DNA of 64,000 nt, from NCBI RefSeq assembly GCF_963921235.1, contig NC_086117.1, forward strand, positions 32,984,001-33,048,000. Reading direction: 5' to 3'. How positions within the stretch are numbered: the first letter of the stretch is position 1; each line of letters opens with the position of its first letter. The stretch comes from Mobula hypostoma (taxonomy: Eukaryota). The translations under genes and the position numbers were made by a program. Positions 12,309-25,500 of the stretch are shown here, in pieces. Below the pieces are notes generated by a model. It ran no database searches. It saw only the letters and a list, made by a program, of their open reading frames with translations, and was not told the origin of the DNA.

Positions 12309-13990
12309 ACCACTTTATGGAATTATTTGTCTGCAATGGCTTCTCTTCAGCAATAGTTGAAAGAGGAAAATGAAACTACACATAAATGATTGCGTTATGA
12401 TCACATTTAAATGGACAATCAAATCACTGCATTTCTCATTTGCAGTCTTTTGAACTTTGACATTGCCAGGTACTCAGAGTTGTGCTGGAATTCTCATAGT
12501 ATATTTCTTAATCTGCTGGTATAGTTGAAAATGCAGCACTTTAGAATATTTCACTTCCATACAGATGATACTTTTAGAAGCTCTAAACGTTTAATCTGCA
12601 AAAGGTGTATCAGTTAGACTCACTATTTCTTAAAATTAATAGAAAGGAAATGGTATTTTCTATTAAGCAATCCACATCATTTATCTTTCTGTTTATGGTT
12701 ATTACATTTTCAAAAGTCTATTAGTTCTTTAGAAACTTGTATTTAAGAAATTTCATTTTACACTGTCATGATATCATCAAAGATTTAGCAGGCAGCAGAA
12801 TATGGTTGAAAACAAGGCATTCATTTGGAGGTAACCAGAAATTTTGAATTGGTTTTCAGGGAATTCATCTTTTTGATTAACAACTATCTCACACTCTTCA
12901 AAAATGCCGTGGAATCTTTCACGTCATCCTGAGACAGCAGGTCACGAAGATGAGAGCAATTCCTCAGTGCTGCAGTGGAGTACCATCTGAGATCACAGAT
13001 GCTCTTGAATCCATGATCTTAATCAAGATGAAAGTGCCAACACTGAGTTCAGGCTGAATTGATGCACTTTTACAAGTTGTATAAATAGATATTAATTATT
13101 AAGGAAAGTGATTTATATTTCAGAAAGTCTACAAAGAAAAAATATAATATAATTTTATATTGTTTTCCTGGCTAAGGTTGAAGCTTAAATATTTGACCAA
13201 CAGAAATGAGAAGAAAATATTCTGAAAATAAAATGTAGCCTCAGCTCTTATTTCTGGCAACAGAATTTCCTTGGAGCGGCACTGCATATAAGCAGTATCG
13301 ATCCCTCCAGCGGCAAATCCCACAGAAATGTGCAGAGAGCGGATTGCCTCGTGCTCTCAGGCTGGACCAGCTGTCAAAGCTGTCAAACAAACTGAATGCT
13401 TGTGACATTTACATTCTCTCAGAAACTTTAAAAATTATTTAACAAAAAAGGGAAAAAAATCTTTAAAATGTGAAAACAATGCAAGCGAAGTTAAACCATT
13501 AGAAGTACATAAATAATTAAGCAGGTCTGAATGAAGCAAATTAAGTAAAAATCTATCTTAGCTAATAGACGTCCCTTTATCTGACAAACTAATGGAGTCA
13601 TTGATCATACAGTTAGTCACATATTTAAAAAATATTTTTTTTCTCCAAATCTGATATGGTTGTATAACAGATACCTCAGATAAATCCTGACCCACATATT
13701 AAAGAGAGAAAAATTATTTCCTTCCTGTGACCTTGAAATCCAATGACAGAAAAGAGACGATCTGTGGCATTCTTCTCATATAAGGGAACTAAACATCAAC
13801 ATCAGCAACATGTCAAGTTAGGAAAAAAGATCTTTTTAATATGCAACTCCTCTCTTGTCTCCAAGCAGGACAGTGGGGTGGAGACCAAAGATTAGGTCAT
13901 GACCACAGCAACAGTAAAAGCAGGCTGGAAGATATATGTGACTGACCTTTTATTTCTTGGTTTCCTCAAATCACACCCTCTGTCTATCTT

Positions 13991-14078
13991 AAAGGATCTC
14001 AGACTAAACTGTCGACTATTTACTCTTCTATAGATGCTGCCTGGACTGCTGAGTTCCTCCAGTGTTTTGTGTGTGTTG
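13991..14078 (+). mobile_element. 88-bp PLE mini-insertion starting inside the hammerhead motif
   Basis: 13-bp TSD ctctgtctatctt at 13978-13990 and 14079-14091. Confidence 0.8.
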
Positions 14079-15184
14079 CTCTGTCTATCTTTCTACCTTG
14101 CAAGTCTCTGCCTCACTTCTTCTTCCAGCATTGTCATCGATCGTATTGTTTACTGTTTGCCACAGTGCCTCTTTTCTAGACTTATTCCTTCACAGCTTCT
14201 AACAGTGGAGTTTCAGACTTCCTCTTGTGTGATCTACGTATTTTTTTAAACTAATAACCTTGGTATCCTAATCTATACATTTCTTGTTGCTGCTCATATC
14301 AACCTTGATGGTGTCCTGCACATTGAGCCCTGACTTCCTATCAAAGTTTTTCAAGAGACACATAAATTAAATTTGTAATACCTTGCATACGGGTCTGGGA
14401 TTTATGATTTCTGTCATCTAGCTCTACTGATCATAATCTTCTAGATATATAAACTTCTGATTTAGTGACTAGAAATGCCTTGACATTTGGTCCATAAATA
14501 AATACCAGTGAAACTAAGTTTTATCTCCTTAGGAGCAAGCAGATTAAGTGTTATTGATTTACCAGTCCAAGCAATGAAGTTCACTTCAACTCTGTTCAAG
14601 CTGAACTGACTGTAATAAATTATCACAAGGCAGCATCAGGTGGTTATTGCAAATTTCTCTTTCATTTCAAATGGATGCATGCAATTCTAGCTGCGTCCTT
14701 TAGTCACTATTTCAAGGAGGATTTACAATGAATTTTAAACATTCAGGAAAAGCATGCATTTATCTGTTGTCATTCTTTAGTGGGATGTGTTACTGCTACT
14801 ACATTTGTAGGTAGCAGAATCAAAACCACATAGAAATTGTGAGTTTCCATTTATTTATTCTACACATTAAGAGAACTGAACCCTATCATTTTTGATTTGC
14901 CTCTCCTGAAATAAAAATATATTATTGTTAACCTTGAATATTCTTTAAAACCCGCCATCTCCTTTCTATTAGTTGAGAGAAAGCATTACATATGCAAACT
15001 AAATTTTATGTTGTCTAATATAGAAACCTAAGGAGTACATCAAGAGAAGTAAAGTGCTTCTTTTGACAATACTATGCATTGTATCAGGAGGAGGATTGTA
15101 GTGAAGTTTGCTTTCCCTACAATTTGCTTGCCAAACAAAACTTACCAGGGATTGGTGTCTTTTCTGATCCTGACTTACAGGTCA

Positions 15185-15556
15185 TCTTGATCGAATGTTG
15201 AAAGGACCAGATAGGGTGGATGTGTTGAGGAAGTTTCCTGTGGTGGGAGTATCCTGAACTAAAGGGTAGAGCCTCAAGATTGAATGGCGAGCTTTTAGAG
15301 CAGAGTTCAGGAGGATTTTTTTAGCCAGAGAGTAGTGAATCTGTGGAATGCTCTGCCTAATACTGTGGCAAAGGCCAGATCTGTGTATATATTTAAGGCA
15401 GAAGTTGACCGTTTTCTGATCGGTCAGGGCATCAAAGAATATGGTGAGGAGGCAGGTGTATGGAGTTGAGTGGGATCTGGGATCAACCATGATAGAATGG
15501 CAGAGCAGACTCGATGGGCTGAATGGCCTAATTCTGCTCCTATGTCTTATGGTCTA
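15185..15556 (+). mobile_element. CR1 3' end fragment
   Basis: gagagtagtgaatctgtggaatgctctgcc ... ctgctcctatgtcttatggtct tail. Confidence 0.85.
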
Positions 15557-15599
15557 AGAATTAATCTGCCTCCTTTTGGGATGGGATGGAAGTCCTATT

Positions 15600-15950
15600 T
15601 ATCTATTCCATAAACCCCAGGTTTATGGTGTCCCACAGTCGAGTGAGCTGATGTGTCATGAGATGTTCATTTATCCTACAAGCAAATACCTGAAGACACG
15701 AAGGGACATCGTTCTTAATGTCAAAATATATCCCATGAACTTCCTCTCCCTTCAGAAGAAGGTATATCCATCACTTTGTTGTTTTATCTGGGCTTTCACT
15801 TTCCTCTCTTGTCTCACTCAGGACAGCGATACCATTATCAAATTATCTGAGTTCCCAGGCTATGAAAGAGAAGTGACATTCAGGGATTGTTCAGGGCTGT
15901 TAGCATTGTCCATGATGGATGCTGATGTTGCAGATTTTGGATTTATTTTA
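15600..15950 (-). mobile_element. Ancient RTE-clade LINE endonuclease fragment
   Basis: Antisense translation IAVLSETR..KGEEVHGIYFDIKN..INEHLMTHQL resembles the RTE APE domain (IAALSETR..HGVGFAIKN..INERLMxLRL). Confidence 0.6.
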
Positions 15951-16497
15951 AGGAGCAGCAGGTGTTTGTGCTTAATTTCTTTTACTGTGAGGTTGGATGT
16001 TGCTCACCAGCTATATATTATGGACTTGACACAGAAAGGCCTTTCTTCAATAGAATTGGTTTCCAGAAGAACAAGAAACCCAGCATTGTTGTGTGGGCTG
16101 AACATATACATGCAGTTGGAGGTAAATATAAACAGCTGCCTGCACAAGATACACACGTGAGTAGCTCAAGCAAAGGTACCTTTGCCCATGGATTCCTTCT
16201 GGTTCCTGTGCCCATCCATCCTCACAAGCAATTGCCTCATCCCCAAATATATTTTTGTTTATCTTCCTACCTTCCCCTAGAATGCCTCCAACGCTTGCAT
16301 CTATTTCCTCCTTGTAACCAGCCTTTCCAGTCACTGGGCAAACCTCCTTCACCTGGTATTCAGCTGTATTATCTCTGCACTATGTTCATTCCAAACCCAT
16401 GACCCTCAAGTCTACTCCATGTTTTCCCACATTCTCCATACCCAAGAAACCTAATCCTACCAGCACCGCTTCATGCATCATCCATGAGTATCTAAAG

Positions 16498-16578
16498 CAA
16501 GGGTTCCCACCCTGGGGTTTCATAGACTCCTCTGTTATTGGGAAAGCTCTATGGCATAAAAAGGGTTGAGAGTCCCTA
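16498..16578. mobile_element. About 81-bp hAT/Charlie-like MITE
   Basis: Decayed TIRs caagggttcccaccct / agggttgagagtcccta; 8-bp TSD-like atctaaag / acctgaag. Confidence 0.55.
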
Positions 16579-17809
16579 ACCTGAAGAATTTTTTTTTTTG
16601 TTTTCTGATGACCTCATAAATAAATTTGTTGGAGTGTTCATGAATAGAGGTTGCATAGTTCCCAAAGGCAAAGGAAAGTATTGAATATAGTTTACTAACT
16701 AGCATCACATCTTAGAGAACTGCTGAAAAGCTGCTAAATTCCAGTTTGAGAGACTGTTGGAATGTTTTCTTATTCCTTACTTTTTTACATCCTGTTGAAA
16801 TGTTCTATTTCCCCATTGTTTTTAACAGCCTTTAATTTACGTTGGTTTCTTCCAAGTGATCTGGTTTCCTCCCACATTCCATTAAGGTTAGTGATTTGAG
16901 GGCATGCTATGATGGTGCTTGAAGCGAGACGACACTTGTGAACTACCCAGCACAATCCTTGATGATTTGATCTGATGCGAACAACGTATATCATAGCTTG
17001 TTTCAATATACACATGACAAGATCATCTTTAATTATCCAAAAAATAAAAACAATCAAGTTAATGATAAAGAATCAAATTGATATTTAGACAAGGGTAGCT
17101 TGACCCTGGAGTATGGCTCTATCACAGTATAAATTCTTGATTTCCATCAGGCGGTGTAAGAGATAATAATTAGAAGCTGTAGGTGCAGCTGAGAAAATGA
17201 TGCAAAAGTTATAATGCAAAGTCACACTGAAATGATTTAACTTTGTGGCTGATATTAAGAGAGGCCTTTAAGTCTGTTTATCTTCCTGACATCATAGTCC
17301 AATAATGAGATGAAGCCAAGCAAAGCCAAGGAGAACTAATGAGGTCAATAATTCTGTTCCAGTAATACATCATTGGGCAAGACCTTATGTTTTAATGATG
17401 TGCGGGTTAATTTACCTGACAACGTGGCATGCATATTTTGTCAGGAGCACAGTAGTTTCAATTAGGGAGTAGTTATCCCATACCAGAGACTCTTAAATGG
17501 TTGTCAGTCAAACTTTAACTATCTTGACAAAAATAGTTGGTACAGGTTGACTCAGCAGAACAGCTCGTTACCATACGTGATCTTAAAGATGTTTCAGAAA
17601 CAGGCTCTGCTGGTTAGGCAGAGGTATTCTTATTCATGGGTGATTACTTAAGTCGACTCACATTTCTTGTTGTCATAATCTTGTCCTTCAATGCACAGCA
17701 TTGTACGGTTAGAACAGCCTCGCCAAACAAAAGTTCAGAATTACAGGTAATTTAAAAATGTGCTCCTTCTATCTGTAAAAAAAGCTGAGTAGTAGGTTTA
17801 AAAGGTGGT

Positions 17810-18100
17810 GCTTCTCTCCCCTTTTTTCTTCCATGGTCTTCTGTTCCTCACCAATCAACTTCCCAGCTCTTTACTTCATTCCTCCACCTTCAGGTTTCAC
17901 TATTACCTTGTGTTTCTTTCTCCCCTCCTTCCACCTTTTAAATCTACTCCTCCGCTTTTATTGCTCTGGACTTTCTGAACGGTTTTGGCCCGAAACATTG
18001 GCTGTCCTCTTTTCCATAGGTGCTGCCTGGCCTGCTGAGTTCCTCCAGCATTTTGTGTGCGTTGCTTGGATTTCCAGCGTCTGCAGATTTTCTCTTGTTT
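17810..18100 (+). mobile_element. PLE terminal-repeat fragment
   Basis: Degenerate hammerhead (..ggcccgaaacattggctg) followed by the standard tail gctgcctggcctgctgagttcctccagcattttgtgt. Confidence 0.8.
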
Positions 18101-19542
18101 GCTACTTCTGTCTGATAATTACTTTCTTGTCAATGTTTCAGCTAATGTTAATGAAATTCAGAAGATAGCAACACTGTATATATTATGTTCAAGTATTCAC
18201 TTAAAGCCTTGCTAGGCTTTTAAGTTTGAGAAGCCACAATTCAGCTAAATGACTGGGGGACATAACTCTTTCCTTAAATGAGGGTGTAGCACATGGAAGA
18301 GTGCTCAGGAACGATTGCCATCTCAAATGCAGCATTCACACATTTAAAATATACTGGCAATTCAAGAGTAAAAACAATAAAGTTTTTCCACATGCCAATT
18401 TCCATTGATTCCAATCAAGATATAAAGAAGCTGTGTGATTTATAAAGCATGCTTAATCAATACTGCCTGTTTTAAGGTATTTCTCAAAGATAGAATTGCT
18501 TGTGATACAGCTGGAAAACATAGGTAAAAGTTCAGTAAACTGCCATAGCAAACAGCCTCAAAGTCATCCACTGTCCTGCACTGGAGTTGCCTCCATCCTA
18601 GAAGGCAGGCAAACTTTCAGACTTTTTCCTCTGAGAGGAAAACAGTGGGATTGCACACCTGAAATAAAGAGCAAACAGCAAACACTGAGCATATTCACAC
18701 ATTGAAGAAAACCACAATCCATCTATTGGCAAGATGAATAACATTCCAGGGATCTGTTGCTCCAAATTTGTGATGGAGATGTTTAACATTGATGAAGACA
18801 AATACTGTGGTATCCTTTAGTCTTGTGTTCACTGAAAATAAGAGATTGGGGGGTCATTTAATGGTAATCTTAAAGTAGGATGATAATTGTAGCAAGATGG
18901 TGTTTCAATTAATGGTTGATCATTAGTTGTCTCTTAGATTTATGAGCTAGTCCTTTCCTCTTCCATCACTGACTGAGGGAGAAATTCTGCTTATATTCTA
19001 TGGTGATAGCATTATTGCTGCAGTACAAAGCATTTAATATCGAGTCACGTCGCATACAAAATAAATATCAAAAGTGTTATTAAATATTCAACTCATGACT
19101 GAACTGTCATTTATAATATGCAACATCTGTCTGGCACTCCAGTCTTCCGCCACAGAAAATTTATCCCAATTTTGACATGATCACAGAACCAAGAATAGTT
19201 TCTGCTAGCCCACAGCACACACAGGCAGACAATACTTAGCGAGTCTGACAGTTATTTCATCTGTCACTGAAGCTAATCATTCTCTATAGCCTGGAGATAA
19301 CGACGGTTATCTGACAAGTTGATGTCCAAAATGACATGAAATGGAGAACGCTATAATAAGTTTAGAGAGAGCCAGGCTTTGTCTTTAAAGTAAAGCAATG
19401 TTCCCCAAGGACTTCGTCAGCAAGTTTACTTTCTGACTGAATCATTGTGATAGAGCAGAACTTTTATCAAACCTGATTGAACCCAGTGAATATGTGTTCA
19501 CTCAGTGTTCAGTGATTTCCCTAAAGATGCTTAATATGAAAG

Positions 19543-19613
19543 ACTGCATTTTTAAACACTTGTAGTTACTGATGATAAACTGCATTTTTAAACACTTGTA
19601 GTTAGTGATGATA
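19543..19613. repeat. 36-bp tandem duplication
   Basis: actgcatttttaaacacttgtagtta(c/g)tgatgata, two copies. Confidence 0.9.
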
Positions 19614-20849
19614 GATGTTGTTGCTGTATCAAATCAAATGGAACGATCAAAACTTAAGGTGAATATATTACCCTGTTGCCTTTCAAAATGAATTCTGCTT
19701 TGAACTCTGTTCTTAAACCGTTCCCCTTTTCAACCTTATACTTAAATAAAAACTAGAATATAGACCTCTGGAAATTCTCTCCCTCTCTCCACACCCGACT
19801 CATGTACACGTACTTCTTATGAACCAAAAGCGGCAAGAGAAACATAATTGAAAAGTAGGCTACATGCCATTTTTGTGCTTCATCTGGTTAACTTTTGCAA
19901 GGTCAGAGGGGTTTACTGTTATGCAGCGAAGGCAGGAATAAGAATAGTCAATTCTGTGACATCCCACACATGGAATGTTTTAAAAGGCATCATGGACCAG
20001 GGAATGGAACAGAACACCATATCACTGGTCCCTGACTGCAGACCACACACATTTCAAGTAAGGCCCCAGATCTCCTCTATCAAGCAGTTGCATTGCAATA
20101 TTGAAAAGAATACAGGATGACATGGTTTACCCATGTGATATTTGCAAGTTATGTTCACGGTTGTGTGACTGAGAATAGCGTGTCTTTAGGTGACATTAAT
20201 TTATATTGTGCAGAGATTTAAAAAGAAATAGTGCAGGGAAATTTTGAGGAAAGTGCTTTATTTTGTCCTCATTTGTGTCAGGGGAAAATTATCAGATACA
20301 CTTTGGTCTTATGTGCAAAAAAAGCAAGGCTAATTTTGCAATCTCTCAATTTTTTTGGTTCTGGGCCAGAGATGACCATTTGTGCAAAATCTCACAGCCT
20401 ACTGCTCCACTGGAAAGATTACCTACTGTATATTCTATATGTACTCTTTGATTGTAATATTGCAAGTGCATCATATTATTGTGCTACAAATGCAGAAATC
20501 CTGGTGGTTTCCTGATATTGAAAAGGAAAGAAGATGTTCTCCACTTTTCTTTCATTTCTCAAGGGTATGCAAAAGGCATACGGAATTTGCGTGCATTGCA
20601 GTTTCTTCAAGCCTAGGGATTCACAGATTGCACACAATTCCTTACAGAGTCCCCGTTATCAATCTTCTACTAGTATGTATCTCTGAAGAACTTGCTTCAA
20701 CCATAGCACATGCTGGAATTCTGTGATGAAATAGCAAGAACTTGGAATGCATCAGTTGGGAACATTGTACTTAGTGAGTCAGTAAACAGGAAAACACAAA
20801 AAAAGCTATTCTCTCAATATCACAGCTGAAGTTCTTGGTCTACTGTTTG

Positions 20850-21520
20850 TACCAATGGTGTTGAGGTGAAGGTGGTTAAGACTGTCAATTTCCTAGGTGT
20901 AAACATCACCAATTATTTTCCCTGGTCCAACTATGTAGATGATATAGCTAATTGTTCCTCTGCTTCCTCAAAAGCCCATAGCAATTTGGCACGTTCGTGA
21001 TGACCTCACCAGGTTTACAGATGGACAATGGAGAGCATGGTTGGTATTTAAAGCTGCAAGAAATGACAGTGAGTTGCGAATGTTGCCCAGTACAACATAA
21101 AAATCAGCCTCCCCTCCATTGACTCTGTCCACAATATATGCTGCCTTGGGGAAGCAGGTAACATAATCAAGGATACTTCTGACCACTTCTCCCCCTCCCA
21201 TTAGGCTAAAGTTACAAAACCTTAAGAACAAATGTCACTAGGCTCAAAGATAGCTTATATCCCATTGCTATAAGACTCTTGAACAAACCTCCTATATGAT
21301 AAAGGTGAACTTTTGATCTCCCAGTCTACTTTATCATGGACCTTGAACTCTATTGTATTTGCCTACATGCATGTACTTTCTCTGCAACTGTAACACTTAA
21401 TTCTCCATTCTTTTTCTCTTTTTCCCCTTCTGTACTAACTCAAAATATGTTTGGATAGAATGCAAACATTAGTTGTCCACACTATCTTGGTAGATATAAT
21501 GGAAATGAACCAATTCATAA
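20850..21520 (+). mobile_element. Rex1/Babar-type LINE 3' fragment, old
   Basis: aatttcctaggtgtaaacatcacc (xFLGVNIT motif), then the C-terminal region and 3' UTR. Confidence 0.65.
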
Positions 21521-21959
21521 TTTTCACAGACAAAGGAAGAGTGATCCACATACCCACATCAAAAATTTAGTGCCATTAAATGAGAATATTGCTTTTATAG
21601 CTAACTCCTCTTTGCTGTCTCCCTCCGCTTCTTATATTCACCTGAGGAATGGAGTGACTTACTGGGTAACGCAATAAGTAAAGTGTGCTGGGTTCAGCAA
21701 CAATAGGAAAATTTTATCCCACAATTCTTGAGACAATGGATCTGCTCAGACTAAAATGAAAGAAGTAATGGAAGGCAAATATAAACGTTTGCAATTCCCA
21801 GGTGCAAGTAATGCAGAGATTATCTGTATTGTTTTAATCAGTTAACTTGATGTATTTATGATTTTGCTTACAAGTTTAGAAATCTTTGCTTTGGGTCAAA
21901 CAGAAAATAAATTGTTGACATTGTTATCAAAGGAACATTTGGACATTTCATTGAAATAC

Positions 21960-22580
21960 AGTCAATCAGAGTCAGGTGTATTATCATTGGCATGTGTCGT
22001 GAAATTTGTTAACCTAACAGCAGCAGTTCAATGCAATATATGATAATAGAGAAAGAAGAAAAAAATAAATAAGTAGATCAACTACTGTATGTACCTGTAT
22101 GTATATTAACTAGTTAGATAAAAATAGCGCAAGAACAGAAATATACAGTATATATTTTTTTAAATTGGGTAGAATTCATGAGTTCAATATCCATTTAGGA
22201 ATCACATGGCTGAGCAGAAGAAGCTGTTTCTGAGTTGCTGAGTATGTGCTTTCAGTACTTTCTTCCTGATGTTACCCATGAGAAGAGGGCGTGCCCCTGG
22301 GGATGGAGGTTCTTAATAACAGACACCACCCTTCTGAGGCACCGCTCTTTCAAGATGTTTTGGGTACAATGGAGGCTAGCGGACTAATTTTACAATTTTC
22401 GGTAGCTTCTTTTGGTCCTGTGCAGTAGCCCCCACCCCCATTCTAGACAGTGATGCAGCCCGTCAGAATGCTCTCCATGGTACCCCTATAGAAGTTTTTG
22501 AGATTTTTTAGGAGACAACCCAATTCTCTTCAAACTCCTAATGAAATATAACCACTGTCTTGTTTTCTTTATAATTCAAA
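21960..22580 (-). mobile_element. Rex1/Babar-type LINE 3' fragment
   Basis: Tail aatcagagtcaggtgtattatcattggcatgtgtcgtgaaatttgtt; antisense ORF2 end. Confidence 0.7.
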
Positions 22581-23059
22581 TAAATTAAATTCAATTAAAT
22601 ATGCTGTAACCTCACTTGGATTTGCTTTAACTTAAGGCTGAAGTTATATCATCCATTAATCAAAAACCATCAGTTTTAAATATAATGCATGTTTGAGTTT
22701 ATGTGTGCATGTATGCACCTGTGTTTGTGTGTGTGCTGTTATATTGTTAGTTATGATCTAGTTATTGTACATACATGAGAAAAGTTGATATAGATCTCAC
22801 CAAATACCAGAAACAATGGGGTAGCTGAGCAATTTTCCAATTCATTGCTGACCATCTAGTATTTTTCGTCATTTACAAATTGTTTTGCCCCCTTCCAAGA
22901 TGAAGTCATCAAGCACAAGAGAGTGATGTACAAGAGACTACTGATCAAGATGTATCAAGTCTTGTTTAAAGTAAAGCAAAGTTAAACACATTCTTTCTGG
23001 CACATTACTTTATGAGTTTTATGATTTGGAGCTACAAAACATGACACCATTCACTGGAT

Positions 23060-23356
23060 GTTTTCTTTTTGTTCTTTGAAGCATTCTATGTAAACTCCAG
23101 AGCTGTTAAGCATAAAAATCCCTGGAGGTCTGCAGATTCTGAGATACTCAAACCACCCTGTCCGACATCAACAATCATTCCATGGTCTGAGATCATATTT
23201 CTTACCCATTCTGATGTTTGGTCTGAGCAACAACTGAACTGTTTGAACATGCCTGCATGCTTTTATGCATTCAGTTGTTGCCACATGATTGGCTGATTAG
23301 AAATTTACATTAATGAGCAAATGTGCAGGTGCGTTTGAAAAAGTAGCCGCTGAGTG
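23060..23356. mobile_element. Tc1-like non-autonomous DNA transposon, one end
   Basis: catgattggctgattag..caggtgcgtttgaaaaagtagccgctgagtg resembles the TIR of fish Tc1-type elements. Confidence 0.6.
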
Positions 23357-23379
23357 TTGATCATTGTGTCTCACCACAG

Positions 23380-24570
23380 TGGTGAGGGAAGAGTCTTGGA
23401 CATAGGACTTATTAGCATTTGGAGAAGCAAAGACTTGTTAAACATAGTCAGTAGGGCTTTGTGAGGTCATGCCTCACAAGTCTGATTGAATTTTTTGAGT
23501 ATGTCAAAAAACACATTGATGAAGGTAGATCATTGGATCTGGTGCATATGGATTTTAGTAAGGTGATTGATAAGTCTCATTTAGAATGTCAGGATCCATG
23601 GGATCCAGGGAAACTTTGCTGTGTGGATTCAGAATTGGCTTGCCTATAAAAGAAGAGGTTGGTAGTGGATGGAGCATAGAGATTGATGACAAGTGTTGTT
23701 CGACAACCATCTGCTCTGGAACCCCTGCACCTTGTGATTTTTATAAATGACATGGATGAGGAAGTGGAAGGGTGGGATTGTAAGACTGCAGATGGTACAA
23801 TGTGCTGGGTAGCTTAAATGTTGTCAAGGGTTACCAGAGGACATTGATATGATGTAGAGCTGGGCTGAGACATGGTAAATGGAGCCCAACCCTGAAAAGT
23901 GTGAAGTACTTCACTTTGGAAGATCGAATTTGAAAGCAGAATACAGGGTTACTGAAAGAATTCTTAGCAGTTTCGAGGAACAAAAGAATCTTGGGTTCCA
24001 TGTCTATAGATCCCTCAAAGCTTTCAGGCAAGTTTATCAGGTTGTTAAGAAGTTTTCTGGTGTGTTGGACTTCCTTATTCAAGGGATTGAGTTCAAGAGA
24101 TGCAAGATAAAGTTGCAGCTTCATAAAACTCTGGTTAGATCACCCTTTAATATAGTGTCCAGTTCTGGTCATCGCATCATCAGAAGAAATTCTAGAGAGG
24201 GTGCAGAGGAGATTTGTCAGGATGTTGCCTGGATTAGAAAGTATGACTTATGAGATGGCCTTAGAGAGTTCGATCAGTTGAGCAAACTAGGGCTTTTCAC
24301 TTTGGACCAATGGAGGGTGAGAAATGTTGTGATAAAGGTGTACAAGATAAAGAATTGACAGAGTGGAATGGAATGCACTACCAGGATATTTTTATGGTTA
24401 TTTATGAATGAGCCTTTTCCGTAGTCAAATGGATGATCGAAAAATGGAAGGCTATGTGAGATGAAAGGGTTAGATTCATCTTAGAGCAGGCTAAGAGGAT
24501 GTCAAAATGTCATGGGCTGAATAGCCTGCACTGTGCTGTAATATTCTATGTTTCTATGTTTTATGATTAG
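23380..24570 (+). mobile_element. CR1 RT-to-3' end fragment
   Basis: RSCLTSLIEFFE..DLVHMDFSK; NPEKCEVLHFGRSN; tail tattctatgtttctatgt. Confidence 0.9.
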
Positions 24571-25500
24571 GAAGCTAAAATTGGACATGACTTTTTAAGG
24601 AATATAAAGTAAACTGTAGGGAACATAAATGGGAAATCAGAATGGCTAACGTGGCTATGAAGTGTCTTTGGTGAGTCAGATTGAAGAGAATCCTAAACCA
24701 TTTAATACATACATTAACAGTGAAATGGGCACCAGAGAGAGGGTGGCATCACACAGAAGGATCATGAGATCAGGGAGATGATATTCTAGAACAGATTAAG
24801 GAGGGGGAAGTGTTTGGTCTCTTGAAGATGGATGTTGCCAGGGCATAATGGGATTATTCAATGTAGAAAAAGACAAGAATGGTGATTGCTGGAACCTTGA
24901 TAGAGATTTTTTTTTTATCTTATTCAGCCTCAGTTGAGGTTCTAGAGCACTGGAGAATAACAAATACCTTTCCTCATTATTTTATGTAGGGCTGTGAAAG
25001 GCAAATGAGAAAGTAATAGGCCAACGAGCCATACATCAATGGTAGGGAAAATATTGGAGATGATTCACTGGGATAGGATCTAATCACATATAGAAAGGCA
25101 TAGATTTATTTGGAAAACTATATGTAGCCTTCTGGTGATAGGGTCATGCCTTACAAACTTGATGGAGTTTTTTTGAGGAGATTAGATGATTTTTGAGAAT
25201 AGAGCGGTTGATGTTGTTTACATGGGCACTAGTAAAGTTTTTAACAAGGTCCCTCAATGTAGGCTGATCAAGAAGATTACAACACATAAGATCCATGAAG
25301 ATTTAATATGTTGGATTCAAACTGGCTTGGAAGACAGAGGGTATTGATGGAAGGGTGTTATTTTGACTGGTGGTCTGTGGCGAGTAGTGTCTTGGAAGGT
25401 TCAGTGCTGGAAACTACGACATGGACAAAAATATAGTTGGACTGGTTAGTATGTTTGTAGATGGTATAAACATTGGTTGAGATATTGATAGTGAAGTGAG
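24570..25500 (+). mobile_element. Older CR1 ORF2 fragment
   Basis: tcatgccttacaaacttgatggagttttttgag (SCLTNLMEFFE) and downstream RT motifs, heavily decayed. Confidence 0.75.

Noticed and set aside
15576-16402. 194-aa and 146-aa plus-strand ORFs
   Set aside because: Largely antisense to a decayed RTE fragment; no recognisable product.
19543-19613. CRISPR-like 36-bp repeat
   Set aside because: Two adjacent copies with no spacer, in eukaryotic context; a simple tandem duplication.
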